A program made the translations under genes and the position numbers. Positions 45,706-53,920 of a DNA stretch of 64,000 nucleotides are shown in pieces; the first letter of the stretch is position 1; each line of letters starts with the position of its first letter. Origin of the DNA: Escherichia coli (GTDB taxonomy: Bacteria > Pseudomonadota > Gammaproteobacteria > Enterobacterales > Enterobacteriaceae); assembly GCF_050920415.1 (NCBI RefSeq), contig NZ_CP169309.1; one strand, 5' to 3'. The notes beneath the pieces were generated by a model. The model was not told the DNA's origin and ran no database searches. It was given only the letters and a program-made list of their open reading frames with translations.

Positions 45706-48528
45706 TCATATATCACTGCGCGTTTTTTGCTCATTTACGGGATTCGTGAGTCCCGTTTCTGTCTGTTTTTTGTTTCCGCTGGTCAGGCCACCCCGCAGCA
45801 GGTCTGCTTTGCGGCTGGCGCGTTCAGTGGTTTCACTGATTCTCTGTGCGTGCTCTGCGTCGCGGATGGCGCGCAGCATGTCAGAAAGCACAGTAACGGG
45901 TGTTTTCATGGTGTTCTGGTCCTGCTGAAGTGTGGATGCCAGGCGTGCGGCGGCTTCAGGGTCTGATGCCCCCAGCTGTGCCAGATAGCTGGCGACCGGG
46001 TTATGGCGGATCTCCGTGCTGCTTACGCCATGATTACGGCTCAGGCGCTGCCAGAGCTGCGTGATTCGGCTGTCCGGGCGGGTATCCGGTTTGCGTACAA
46101 TTTCAAATCCCTGCGGTGCAATGATGCTGCCGTCAACGTACAGACTGCCGCCCCGTAACAGGTGCTGCATCTGTTGTTCACCGATATGCAGGCCGAGAGA
46201 TTCAGCAGACTCCCGCCATTCTTTAGCGAGTAATTCGTGGTTATCAGGCAAAGGCCGCTGCTGTTTGCGGCTCTGTGTCCAGCTCTGCATTTCATCACTG
46301 CTGTTTTTTGCCTGTTTGTCACGAAGCGAACGCATCAGCGCCCGGCGTTCGTGCCGTTTCAGTGAGCGCATCCATTCGTTCACTTCAACGCCGTCAGGGA
46401 GCTGCGGCCACGGTGCTGGCCGTTCTTCCGGCTGTTCTGTCCCGTTGTTGTCCGTTTCCTGTGCACGGGGACAGTTATTGCCACGAGTCCAAGGGGCGGC
46501 AGGGCCGCCCTGAAGGTCAAAACCATTTTCGTGGGCGTTGTCTCCCGGTTCTGGTTTACGTCTTACCAGCTTCCAGTTATCCGGATGCGTGCACACACGG
46601 GAGGATTCCCCGATGAGTGGTGACCAGATCCCGTAAATCTGTACGCTCTGTTCGCCGTAATCGTTCAGCTCATCTGCGAGGTCGTAGGCGGTGCGAATCA
46701 GGTAGTCCTTGCGTGGAACAAGCACGCCACCCTGTTTTTCAATGTAGGTGGCAAAACACCCGGCATCGGCGGCAGCGAGTACCGCATCCATTGCATCATC
46801 TTTCAGCCGTTGCGGGCCTTCCGGATTGCGTGCCATCTGGCTGGCAAGGCGGCGCAGTTCACGCCACACCTGACGGGAGGGGATGCCAAAGAACTGGAAC
46901 TGACGGACCCGGTGAAGGCGCGCCCAGCCGATGGCGCGCTCCACGCTCTCGGCCATTGATTTTCCGGTTTCGTGGTCAACGCGTGGCTTGCCCGTTTTCG
47001 GGTCGATGCCATCCACGGCGCGGCTGTCCAGGTTCTTTCCGATGTAGGTGGCGATGTAGCTGGTTGGTGTGCCTTTTGAGCCGTCGACATACTCCGCCTT
47101 AAAACGCGGAGTTATGTCATCGCCCAGCTCGTGGCGGTCCTCCTGAATGGCAATATCGCAGACGTGGGACACGATGGTTTCAATCTCGTCCGGATGTGCA
47201 AAGACCATCATATGCCAGTGCACAGTGCCGTCATGGTGAGGCTCCACCGTGCGGATGCCATACCAGCGCAGGCCGTCGCGGTTCAGTTTTTTGCGGACCG
47301 CCGCAAAAAACGTGTTAACCAGGTAATCGCTGGAGTCGCGCATGGTGGCCCCGTTCCATTTGGGGTTCGGATGACCGTTCTCCGTTGTTGCGTGGTATTT
47401 TGACGGGCAGGTGACGGTCAGAAACACCGCTCTGTCGCCACGGGCTTCGGCCAGAAGTTCCAGTCCCTTCATGGTGGCCATCATTTCTGCCTTACGGTGA
47501 ACCGGGTTACTTACTCCCGCGTAATACACCGTCTCGAGATCAATCGTGAACCCGTCTTCATTTTCCAGCATGAAACTTTTCAGGAAATCGCGTGTTTTCT
47601 CGCGCTGTGCGCGAAACTCGCTTAACGCGTCCTGGCTCAGATAGGGGGATGTTTTTCTGGAAACCAGACAGGCGGCGCGGAGTTGTTCTTCCCGCCACTC
47701 ACAACGTAACAGCCACAGTTTGCGTTTCCACCATTCCGCACAGGTCAAGCGAAGGATTGCGCCCGGCAGCAGCTCCGTGTCCGGTTCGTTCCTCCGGTCT
47801 TTGTCTGTTGTCAGTGCGTCATAATGTGGAGGCATGGCGTGCAGGTGTAACGCCATGCGGGCCAGCATCTGATAAGCCTTCAGGGTTACATCCATGGTCA
47901 GCTCGCCATCAGTCGCGCCAAAGCCATCGCAGAGTTTTTCGAAGGTGCTGCTGAACATCGCCGCCGTCATGGTGGCCAGCGTCTGTATCTGGTGTTTGTT
48001 GAGCTGCGGCAGGTAAAGCAAATCGTCCAGGCGTTCGCGTCCGGCAAGGGAGCGATAACCCGGTGTCAGCCAGCGGTGGTCGGTGCGGTCCAGACGTTCG
48101 AATATTTTGCGCAGGGTTCCGCACGCGTAGCGTTCAGCCTGCCAGCTCTTTTTGCCTTTCCGGCGATCGGCTTCCTGTTTTTTGCGCAGGAAGGAGAGGT
48201 GGCGAATAAGCGGATCGCGCAGATAGGACGGCAGCAGGCGCAGCGAGGCCATGGCTTCATCCACCGCGCCACGTGCCTGTTTTCTGGCGTCTCCTGCCAG
48301 TGTGATGGTTTTGTCCTGTTTTTCCTGTGCGTCCAGGCTTTTATTAATCAGGTTGCCCAGCGGCGTGGCGGAGAACGCCGCATCAGCCATTTCCTGGCGG
48401 CGCTCGTTCTCTGCCCGGTAGGCATCCAGCCAGGAGGAAAGCGCGGATTCAGGAGCGGGGATCCCCGTTCCTTCACGCCCCACTGCGTGGCGCGGTTGTT
48501 GCCAGTCCCTGATGTACTCTGCCGTCAT
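45706..48528 (-). CDS. P2/186 gpA-family rolling-circle replication initiator, unusually long (940 aa)
   Basis: Contains ..RTVEPHHDGTVHWHMMVF.. (the HUH-type motif of the Phage_GPA family). In the P2 position at the end of the early operon. Confidence 0.85.
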   Translation of the reverse strand: MTAEYIRDWQQPRHAVGREGTGIPAPESALSSWLDAYRAENERRQEMADAAFSATPLGNLINKSLDAQEKQDKTITLAGDARKQARGAVDEAMASLRLLPSYLRDPLIRHLSFLRKKQEADRRKGKKSWQAERYACGTLRKIFERLDRTDHRWLTPGYRSLAGRERLDDLLYLPQLNKHQIQTLATMTAAMFSSTFEKLCDGFGATDGELTMDVTLKAYQMLARMALHLHAMPPHYDALTTDKDRRNEPDTELLPGAILRLTCAEWWKRKLWLLRCEWREEQLRAACLVSRKTSPYLSQDALSEFRAQREKTRDFLKSFMLENEDGFTIDLETVYYAGVSNPVHRKAEMMATMKGLELLAEARGDRAVFLTVTCPSKYHATTENGHPNPKWNGATMRDSSDYLVNTFFAAVRKKLNRDGLRWYGIRTVEPHHDGTVHWHMMVFAHPDEIETIVSHVCDIAIQEDRHELGDDITPRFKAEYVDGSKGTPTSYIATYIGKNLDSRAVDGIDPKTGKPRVDHETGKSMAESVERAIGWARLHRVRQFQFFGIPSRQVWRELRRLASQMARNPEGPQRLKDDAMDAVLAAADAGCFATYIEKQGGVLVPRKDYLIRTAYDLADELNDYGEQSVQIYGIWSPLIGESSRVCTHPDNWKLVRRKPEPGDNAHENGFDLQGGPAAPWTRGNNCPRAQETDNNGTEQPEERPAPWPQLPDGVEVNEWMRSLKRHERRALMRSLRDKQAKNSSDEMQSWTQSRKQQRPLPDNHELLAKEWRESAESLGLHIGEQQMQHLLRGGSLYVDGSIIAPQGFEIVRKPDTRPDSRITQLWQRLSRNHGVSSTEIRHNPVASYLAQLGASDPEAAARLASTLQQDQNTMKTPVTVLSDMLRAIRDAEHAQRISETTERASRKADLLRGGLTSGNKKQTETGLTNPVNEQKTRSDI
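45737..45756. repeat. second copy of the dyad (ACGGGATT-N4-AGTCCCGT), inside the 3' end of gene A
   Basis: 73 bp from the first copy. Flanking TTT..GTTT(C/T)T also conserved. Confidence 0.45.
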
Positions 48529-48534
48529 AGTGAT

Positions 48535-48900
48535 TTACTTCGTCATGCCATTCAGGGTGTCGCGGCAGACTGTAGCCAGCCGCTGAATTTCCAGCACGGT
48601 GTCTTCTGTGTCGGCATGGCGATGTGTGATGCGGATGCTGTCGGCAATCACATCGACGATTGCAGAGGATGGGCGCTGGTAAATGCCAATAACGGACGGG
48701 GTGCCACCTTCAATGCGGTAAAGCCTGTAATTTCCCTCGTGGCTGTCAATCATGTAGCGACCATCAATAACAATCTTTCCGTCAGCGAGCTGCGGTACAG
48801 GCAGGGATTTCAGGTACATGTCATAACGATCACGCACGCGAGCGGCAAGATCACGTTCTGTGTTGAGCAGGTATTCAAGAAAGTCGTTGGCGAGAATCAT
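48535..48900 (-). CDS. hypothetical early protein (121 aa)
   Basis: Ends 6 nt before the gene A start. Confidence 0.55.
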   Translation of the reverse strand: MILANDFLEYLLNTERDLAARVRDRYDMYLKSLPVPQLADGKIVIDGRYMIDSHEGNYRLYRIEGGTPSVIGIYQRPSSAIVDVIADSIRITHRHADTEDTVLEIQRLATVCRDTLNGMTK

Positions 48901-49041
48901 TGCGGCAATCCTCTTGTTACAGATGTGCGAAGGCCTCCCGCCGCAAGGTGCAGGAAAGGCCCGGAACAGGAATTAATGGAGTTTGTTTTGCAGCCGGATG
49001 AGCTGCTGAAGCCCGACGTGGTTTCCGGCAGTTGGAGGTGC

Positions 49042-49287
49042 TCATGCTCTGATTTCCCTCAGTAGCTGGTTGAACATCTGGGTTAGTGGGTTGCTACACC
49101 CAAACGGCATCGGGTTTACCTGATAGGAAAAGCGACCGCCTGTTTTGCGCTCTTTTCTTATGACTGAACCGCTGCGCCAGAGACGGCGTAGCTCCGCATT
49201 AATGGTTGTGGTTGGTGTATTCAGTGCTGCGGCGATTTCTCCACCGCTACAACCCGGATTGGCAGCGATGTAGTCCAGAATGGTCAT
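49042..49287 (-). CDS. winged-helix DNA-binding protein (81 aa)
   Basis: MTILDYIAANPGCSGGEIAAALNTPTTTINAELRRLWRSGSVIRKE.. has a wHTH pattern. Confidence 0.6.
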   Translation of the reverse strand: MTILDYIAANPGCSGGEIAAALNTPTTTINAELRRLWRSGSVIRKERKTGGRFSYQVNPMPFGCSNPLTQMFNQLLREIRA

Positions 49288-49487
49288 CTGCGTGACTCCT
49301 GTACCTGTCTGATAAGATTCACCTGCACCACGTTGGTGGCGCAGAAGTAAGTGCCGTCAGTGAGATAGATGTGATGTGCATCCTTTTCTGAACGGTGTTT
49401 GTCGATTGTGGTAATCAGGCGTTCGTCAACTTCGTATTCACGTCCTCTGGAGGTGAAACGAACGACAGGAAAATGCTTAATTGCCAT
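49284..49487 (-). CDS. hypothetical early protein (67 aa)
   Basis: Start at MAIKHFPVVRF behind a strong AAGGAGG SD. The listed ORF is extended. Confidence 0.55.
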   Translation of the reverse strand: MAIKHFPVVRFTSRGREYEVDERLITTIDKHRSEKDAHHIYLTDGTYFCATNVVQVNLIRQVQESRR

Positions 49488-49573
49488 TACGCCTCCTTGG
49501 CGTGTGCGAATACCTCCGCGAATGCGGATTGTTTTCACATTTTCTTATTTAACCTGGGGTCTTATTTGCGCGG

Positions 49574-49687
49574 TTATTCTTCAGTGAAAAAGCGTTCAAT
49601 CTTTTTTACTGAATTAATAATTCGCATAATCCCAATGGCGCAGACCACCGAAATAATCAGAACAAGCCATGAGATAAATATACTCAT
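49574..49687 (-). CDS. 37-aa single-pass membrane peptide (below the ORF-track cutoff)
   Basis: MSIFISWLVLIISVVCAIGIMRIINSVKKIERFFTEE. The ATGA is coupled to the stop of the upstream ORF. Confidence 0.45.
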   Translation of the reverse strand: MSIFISWLVLIISVVCAIGIMRIINSVKKIERFFTEE

Positions 49688-49929
49688 GCGATATTTCCCA
49701 GCTTATACGGTTCAATATGTTCCCCGCATTCTGCGGCACAGATCAGCTCGGAAAGTTCGTTAAGTGCATCCAGATCATCAGCGTAAAAAGCCACGTCATA
49801 CAGACTTCGGATTGCTCTGGTCAATGAGTCACGGGCCGCACGTTCAGCATGAGTGCCTGATGCACTTAAGCGAAAATAAAAACGCTCAAGTGCTTTGTTA
49901 ATGAGAGTTTTATATTCTTTGCCCATCAC
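49684..49929 (-). CDS. hypothetical early protein (81 aa)
   Basis: In the operon; no recognisable domain. Confidence 0.55.
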   Translation of the reverse strand: MMGKEYKTLINKALERFYFRLSASGTHAERAARDSLTRAIRSLYDVAFYADDLDALNELSELICAAECGEHIEPYKLGNIA

Positions 49930-49964
49930 AACGCCCTTTAATCTGCTTTCTGTATTTCAGCTTC

Positions 49965-50225
49965 TTAATCCATACAAATAATTTCGATATAGGGTTCATC
50001 GCCATTAACCTGGCGTGCCTTTTCAGCTTCGCTAATGATTTCTCGTACGGTCTGGTACGGAAGTTCCACAAGCAGTCGCGTGCCGTTCAGATAAACGTAA
50101 GTGGCTTCGTCGGCTCCGTTTTTACCCGCCGGAGTCACTCCGTCAATAGCGGATGCACGTAATAACAGTTCACCGCGAAAATCAATAAAACGGATAAATA
50201 CACCTTGTGCATGGTCTTTGGTCAT
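49965..50225 (-). CDS. hypothetical early protein (86 aa)
   Basis: Start at MTKDHAQGVFIRF, 10 nt after the upstream stop. Confidence 0.55.
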   Translation of the reverse strand: MTKDHAQGVFIRFIDFRGELLLRASAIDGVTPAGKNGADEATYVYLNGTRLLVELPYQTVREIISEAEKARQVNGDEPYIEIICMD

Positions 50226-50235
50226 AAAGCACCTG

Positions 50236-50586
50236 TTATAAATCAGCCTGTTTAATAAAACTTTGCCTGCGAAGCAGACGATCAACCGTGCGAAGTGCTT
50301 CGTATAATGTGAAATCCTGCCCGAACTGATTGTCGCCACAGCTCAATGCAAAAATGCGGTTTCCGGTAAACGGATTGCGTGGGCATTTGTGGACCACGAT
50401 TCCAGCTTTCTCAATCAGCCAGGCATGCTCGCCGATTTGTTTTACAGCGTGGCCATCCGGTGTTGCGTGCGTCTCGTTCAGGTTATAGCGACTGTTACTA
50501 CGTGATGCACTGGTAGTGACGTGGTGTACATGGCGTTCTACGCCATTACGAAATTTGGAGTATGGATTATTAGCGTTTTTTTTCAT
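50236..50586 (-). CDS. hypothetical early protein (116 aa)
   Basis: In the operon. Confidence 0.55.
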   Translation of the reverse strand: MKKNANNPYSKFRNGVERHVHHVTTSASRSNSRYNLNETHATPDGHAVKQIGEHAWLIEKAGIVVHKCPRNPFTGNRIFALSCGDNQFGQDFTLYEALRTVDRLLRRQSFIKQADL

Positions 50587-50607
50587 GATGGTGCTCTGTT
50601 CATTGTT

Positions 50608-50811
50608 TTAGCTGTTAGCCAAAGCGTCTTTTAACATCGCCACAAGGTTTACTTCAGGCTTTTCCATTTTGGCGCGTTTGGGGCGGATAATAATTCGACC
50701 GTCAGCCAACATCTTTTTGCATGTATTAAGAGGGATACCTGTTATCTCTGCATATTTCTGCAGGGATACATAGGGGGCATTCACATTGATATTGATGGTT
50801 ATACCTGACAT
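50608..50811 (-). CDS. Cox/excisionase-like HTH protein
   Basis: 67 aa, ..YVSLQKYAEITGIPLNTCKKMLADGRI.. Second gene of the lytic operon, as for P2 cox / 186 apl. Confidence 0.6.
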   Translation of the reverse strand: MSGITININVNAPYVSLQKYAEITGIPLNTCKKMLADGRIIIRPKRAKMEKPEVNLVAMLKDALANS

Positions 50812-50827
50812 CCCACTAGCCTCCTGA

Positions 50828-51034
50828 TCAGGAAGATTTGTTTTGTTCTTTCTGGGTTAGCTCTAGGCCGCGAAGGAAGATCATGCGCGCCATGTTAGAG
50901 GATGAGCGTTGTTCTTTAGCTGCCATTTCATCAATGACGGCTCGCTCCTCGAGGGACAGCCGAAGTGCCAGTCTTGGACCTGTGGCGGTGTTACGCGGAA
51001 TGCGTGATCTGGTATCGTGAAGAACTTGTTTCAT
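50828..51034 (-). CDS. ribbon-helix-helix (Arc/CopG-like) protein, first gene of the lytic operon
   Basis: 68 aa, ..RLALRLSLEERAVIDEMAAKEQRSSSNMARMIFLRGL.. Confidence 0.6.
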   Translation of the reverse strand: MKQVLHDTRSRIPRNTATGPRLALRLSLEERAVIDEMAAKEQRSSSNMARMIFLRGLELTQKEQNKSS

Positions 51035-51071
51035 AGTGGTATATTGTGATCATCTAATAGCTCGTGAAATC

Positions 51072-51100
51072 ATTTTGGTATCAAAAAAGATACCTGTCAA
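51072..51100 (-). promoter_or_regulatory. early lytic promoter with an operator palindrome in its spacer
   Basis: The minus strand reads TTGACA-GGTATCTTTTTTGATAC-CAAAAT. The 18-bp palindrome GGTATC-N6-GATACC (51077-51094) fills the -35/-10 spacer. Confidence 0.6.
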
Positions 51101-51109
51101 GGTTTTTGT

Positions 51110-51514
51110 ATGAAAAATGATATTGGTCAGCGGTTGCGTGAGGAAAGGGAAAGATTGGGACTTAGTCAAGTTGCCATGAGCGACATTGGTGGAGTCAAAA
51201 AGCTAACTCAGCTTAGATATGAGAAAGGAGATAGCTTTCCTGATGCTGCGTATTTGGCAGCGCTGTCTCGTTTTGGCCTTGATGTTCAGTATGTTGTGTT
51301 GGGAATTCACTCACCTGAAACTTATAACGATGATGAGCAGGAGTTGATTACTCGCTTTCGAGCAGCTTCGTTAGATGTGAAAAACGCGGTGATTGGGGCT
51401 TTAAAAGGTGCGATCAGTGAAAAGGAAACTCAGCCATCAGGACGTGAGTTAAATATTTCTGGTGGTAATAACCGTATTGCTGGTCGTGACTATAACGAAA
51501 CTAAGGGTAGGTGA
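51110..51514 (+). CDS. XRE/CI-type HTH immunity repressor
   Basis: 134 aa, MKNDIGQRLREERERLGLSQVAMSDIGGVKKLTQLRYEKGDSFPDAAYL.. Divergent from the lytic operon. Confidence 0.8.
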   Translation: MKNDIGQRLREERERLGLSQVAMSDIGGVKKLTQLRYEKGDSFPDAAYLAALSRFGLDVQYVVLGIHSPETYNDDEQELITRFRAASLDVKNAVIGALKGAISEKETQPSGRELNISGGNNRIAGRDYNETKGR

Positions 51515-51529
51515 TAGTAGGGAGGTGAC

Positions 51530-52180
51530 ATGGCCGTCAACTCAAACGGTTCAAACAATCGCGTTGCTGGGCGTGATTTTCACGAAAAGAATATTCAGAT
51601 AGAGCGATATGATGGTTCTCATACCGTCAATATCGCAATCCCTTCGAATAATGATGATGACGATCGCCCTTTGCTTAAGGCTCAGCGTAAGGAGCTAAAT
51701 AGTTTGGTTGCTGCTATTGCAGAAGCTAGCAATACTGAAGCGTTTATTATTTGGCAAAAAGTACATGCTGAGATTGGTGTAGCTGGTATTGATGATATGA
51801 CAGTAAATCAATATAAAACAGCGGAGAGTTTTCTGCATGCAATGCTTGAGCGATGTAAAGATCATGATGCCTGTAAGGCTCTTGTAAGTTTATTACTACG
51901 TAACAGTGAAGACTGTGGACTTCGACAAAAACTTCTGCGGTATTGCCATATCAATTTCGGTACAGGACGTTTAAACGATCTTACTCGTTCTCAGTTACAG
52001 TCTGCATTGTCGTGGTTAGAGCAACAATCGGCATCAAGCCACACAGAGAGTTCGACCTTACCAGAAGTCCGACTTCGTGCTTCAGAATTAATCCGACTTT
52101 ATCCAAAAGAAATAATATTCTTTATCTGCGTAGGGGGTTTGGTAGGCGGTGTCATTTCTAGGGTGCTTTTTAATTTGTAA
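51530..52180 (+). CDS. C-terminally membrane-anchored protein of unknown function, co-transcribed with the repressor
   Basis: 216 aa with a C-terminal TM helix IIFFICVGGLVGGVISRVLF. The N-terminus shares the NNR(I/V)AGRD(Y/F)xE motif with the repressor C-terminus. Confidence 0.65.
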   Translation: MAVNSNGSNNRVAGRDFHEKNIQIERYDGSHTVNIAIPSNNDDDDRPLLKAQRKELNSLVAAIAEASNTEAFIIWQKVHAEIGVAGIDDMTVNQYKTAESFLHAMLERCKDHDACKALVSLLLRNSEDCGLRQKLLRYCHINFGTGRLNDLTRSQLQSALSWLEQQSASSHTESSTLPEVRLRASELIRLYPKEIIFFICVGGLVGGVISRVLFNL

Positions 52181-52209
52181 TCTTACTTGAGCTAAATTGA
52201 GGTAATGAT

Positions 52210-52557
52210 ATGAAAGTAAAAAAGGTTCAACTATTAGTTACTTTTTTATCTATGTTTTCTTTTTCCGCCGTCGCAATGCCTTTTAAAACTATTGAACGTG
52301 AGAGTTTCAATGGGGTATGGCCATTTAATACTGATGAGGTTCAATTACAGTGTCTTGATGGTAATCCTTATGTGATGAATTTTGACGATAATAAGTTATA
52401 TGCACTTACAGGTTTGGCTCGAATAAAAGGTAAAACATTTGGTGCGTTACCGTTAGATAACAATAATCCATTTTGGCTAGATAATGATGCCGCCCCAGGG
52501 TTAAAAAAGAGTCTGGGGGATGTCACTAAGGCTGCATTTGATTTATGTGATAAGTAA
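52210..52557 (+). CDS. YebY-like (DUF2511) periplasmic protein
   Basis: 115 aa with a signal peptide. The W.FN..EV.L.C and C-terminal Cys pattern matches E. coli YebY. Confidence 0.65.
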   Translation: MKVKKVQLLVTFLSMFSFSAVAMPFKTIERESFNGVWPFNTDEVQLQCLDGNPYVMNFDDNKLYALTGLARIKGKTFGALPLDNNNPFWLDNDAAPGLKKSLGDVTKAAFDLCDK

Positions 52558-52562
52558 CTAAA

Positions 52563-53564
52563 ATGTCGGTTCGTAAGATTCCATCAGGTAAATGGCTTTG
52601 CGAATGTTATCCCTACGGGGCATCGGGAAAACGCATTCGTAAACAGTTTGCGACAAAAAGTGAGGCGCTCTCTTATGAGCGCCGTTTAATGAATAGTAGA
52701 GTTGGAGACGAGTTTCAAGATGGTTCTGGTCCTCGTCTTTCTGAGTTGATTGCTCGTTGGTTTGAGATGTACGGTAAAACCTTGTCCTCTGGTGCAGAGC
52801 GCAAAGTCAAACTTGAGGCGATTTGTTCCAGGCTGGGAGATCCATTTGCTTCTCAGTTTGACAAAAATATGTTTGCTACTTATCGGGAAAGAAGGCTATC
52901 AGGAGAATGGAATCCCAAGGGGAAGAAAAAACTTAGTGAAGCAACCGTTAATCGCGAGCAGTCATATCTACATGCTGTTTTTGCCGAACTGAAGCGCCTT
53001 GGGGAGTGGTCTGGTGAAAACCCCCTGACTGGTATTCGCAAGTTTCGTGAGGAAGAAAAGGAACTGGCGTTTCTGTATGTAGATGAGATTGAACGCCTTC
53101 TGATTGCGTGTGATGAGTCACGGAATAAAGATTTGGGGGTTGTTGTCCGTATTGGGCTTGCGACTGGTGCTCGGTGGAGTGAAGCAGAAGGATTAAAGCA
53201 ATCTCAAGTACTGCCCGGTCGAATCACATTTGTTAAAACTAAAGGAAAGAAGAACCGCACTGTACCGATTTCACCTCAATTGCAGGCTATGCTTCCTAAA
53301 AAACGAGGAGCGCTATTTTCACCATGTTATGAGGCTTTTGACGCTGCAATTAAGAGAGCGAAGATCGAGCTTCCTGATGGGCAATTAACTCATGTGCTAC
53401 GTCACACGTTTGCCAGTCATTTTATGATGCGGGGCGGAAATATTCTTGTGTTGCAAAAAATACTGGGGCATAGCGATATAAAAATGACTATGCGTTATGC
53501 GCATTTTGCTCCAGGTCATTTAGAGGCTGCTGTTGAATTGAACCCTTTTGACAATAGAGGGTAA
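52563..53564 (+). CDS. int: tyrosine integrase (P2-type)
   Basis: 333 aa, ..HVLRHTFASHFMMRGGNILVLQKILGHSDIKMTMRYAHF.. (R..HxxR..Y catalytic box). Confidence 0.92.
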   Translation: MSVRKIPSGKWLCECYPYGASGKRIRKQFATKSEALSYERRLMNSRVGDEFQDGSGPRLSELIARWFEMYGKTLSSGAERKVKLEAICSRLGDPFASQFDKNMFATYRERRLSGEWNPKGKKKLSEATVNREQSYLHAVFAELKRLGEWSGENPLTGIRKFREEEKELAFLYVDEIERLLIACDESRNKDLGVVVRIGLATGARWSEAEGLKQSQVLPGRITFVKTKGKKNRTVPISPQLQAMLPKKRGALFSPCYEAFDAAIKRAKIELPDGQLTHVLRHTFASHFMMRGGNILVLQKILGHSDIKMTMRYAHFAPGHLEAAVELNPFDNRG

Positions 53565-53566
53565 AA

Positions 53567-53602
53567 AGTGGCGATAAAAAGTGACAATAGATTCAAATGG
53601 CG
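53567..53602 (+). promoter_or_regulatory. candidate integrase arm-type binding sites (P arm)
   Basis: AGTGGCGAT (53567-75), AGTGACAAT (53580-88) and AAATGGCG (53595-602), matching the words at 18869-18900. Confidence 0.45.
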
Positions 53603-53670
53603 TTGTATAGAGCCATTTTCAAAGTTAATAAAATCATAAGGTTATGATTTATAAATGGTGGTTGATAGTT

Positions 53671-53725
53671 TTTAAAATCCCTCGGCGTTCGCGCTGTGCG
53701 GGTTCAAGTCCCGCTCCGGGTACCA
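53671..53725 (+). pseudogene. displaced 3' fragment of leuZ (55 nt, no 5' half)
   Basis: Starts in the anticodon loop (TTTAAAATCCC..) and ends GGGTACCA. Confidence 0.9.
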
Positions 53726-53795
53726 TGGGAAAGATAAGAATAAAATCAAAGCAATAAGCAGTGTCGTGAAACCACCTTCGGGTGGTTTTTTTGTA
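53671..53795 (+). repeat. attR: right copy of the 125-bp direct repeat
   Basis: Identical to 18731-18855. Confidence 0.95.
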
Positions 53796-53920
53796 CCTGC
53801 AACTTGTCGTTACACCCTCCTTAATTTTTAATCACCGGCAAAGCCACTCAAAAAGTATCTCTGATACGGACCGACATGTAAGATAGGTGTTGGCGAGTTG
53901 AGATCCACAAGGAAAAGCGT

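Larger units (their letters stand above)
18731..53795. mobile_element. P2/186-like (peduovirus-type) prophage integrated in leuZ, including both att repeats
   Basis: Integrase, CI-like repressor, Cox/RHH early operon, gpA-type replication protein, P2-type head, lysis and tail genes, ogr. Flanked by the 125-bp repeats. The flanking host genes are adjacent in K-12. Confidence 0.93.
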
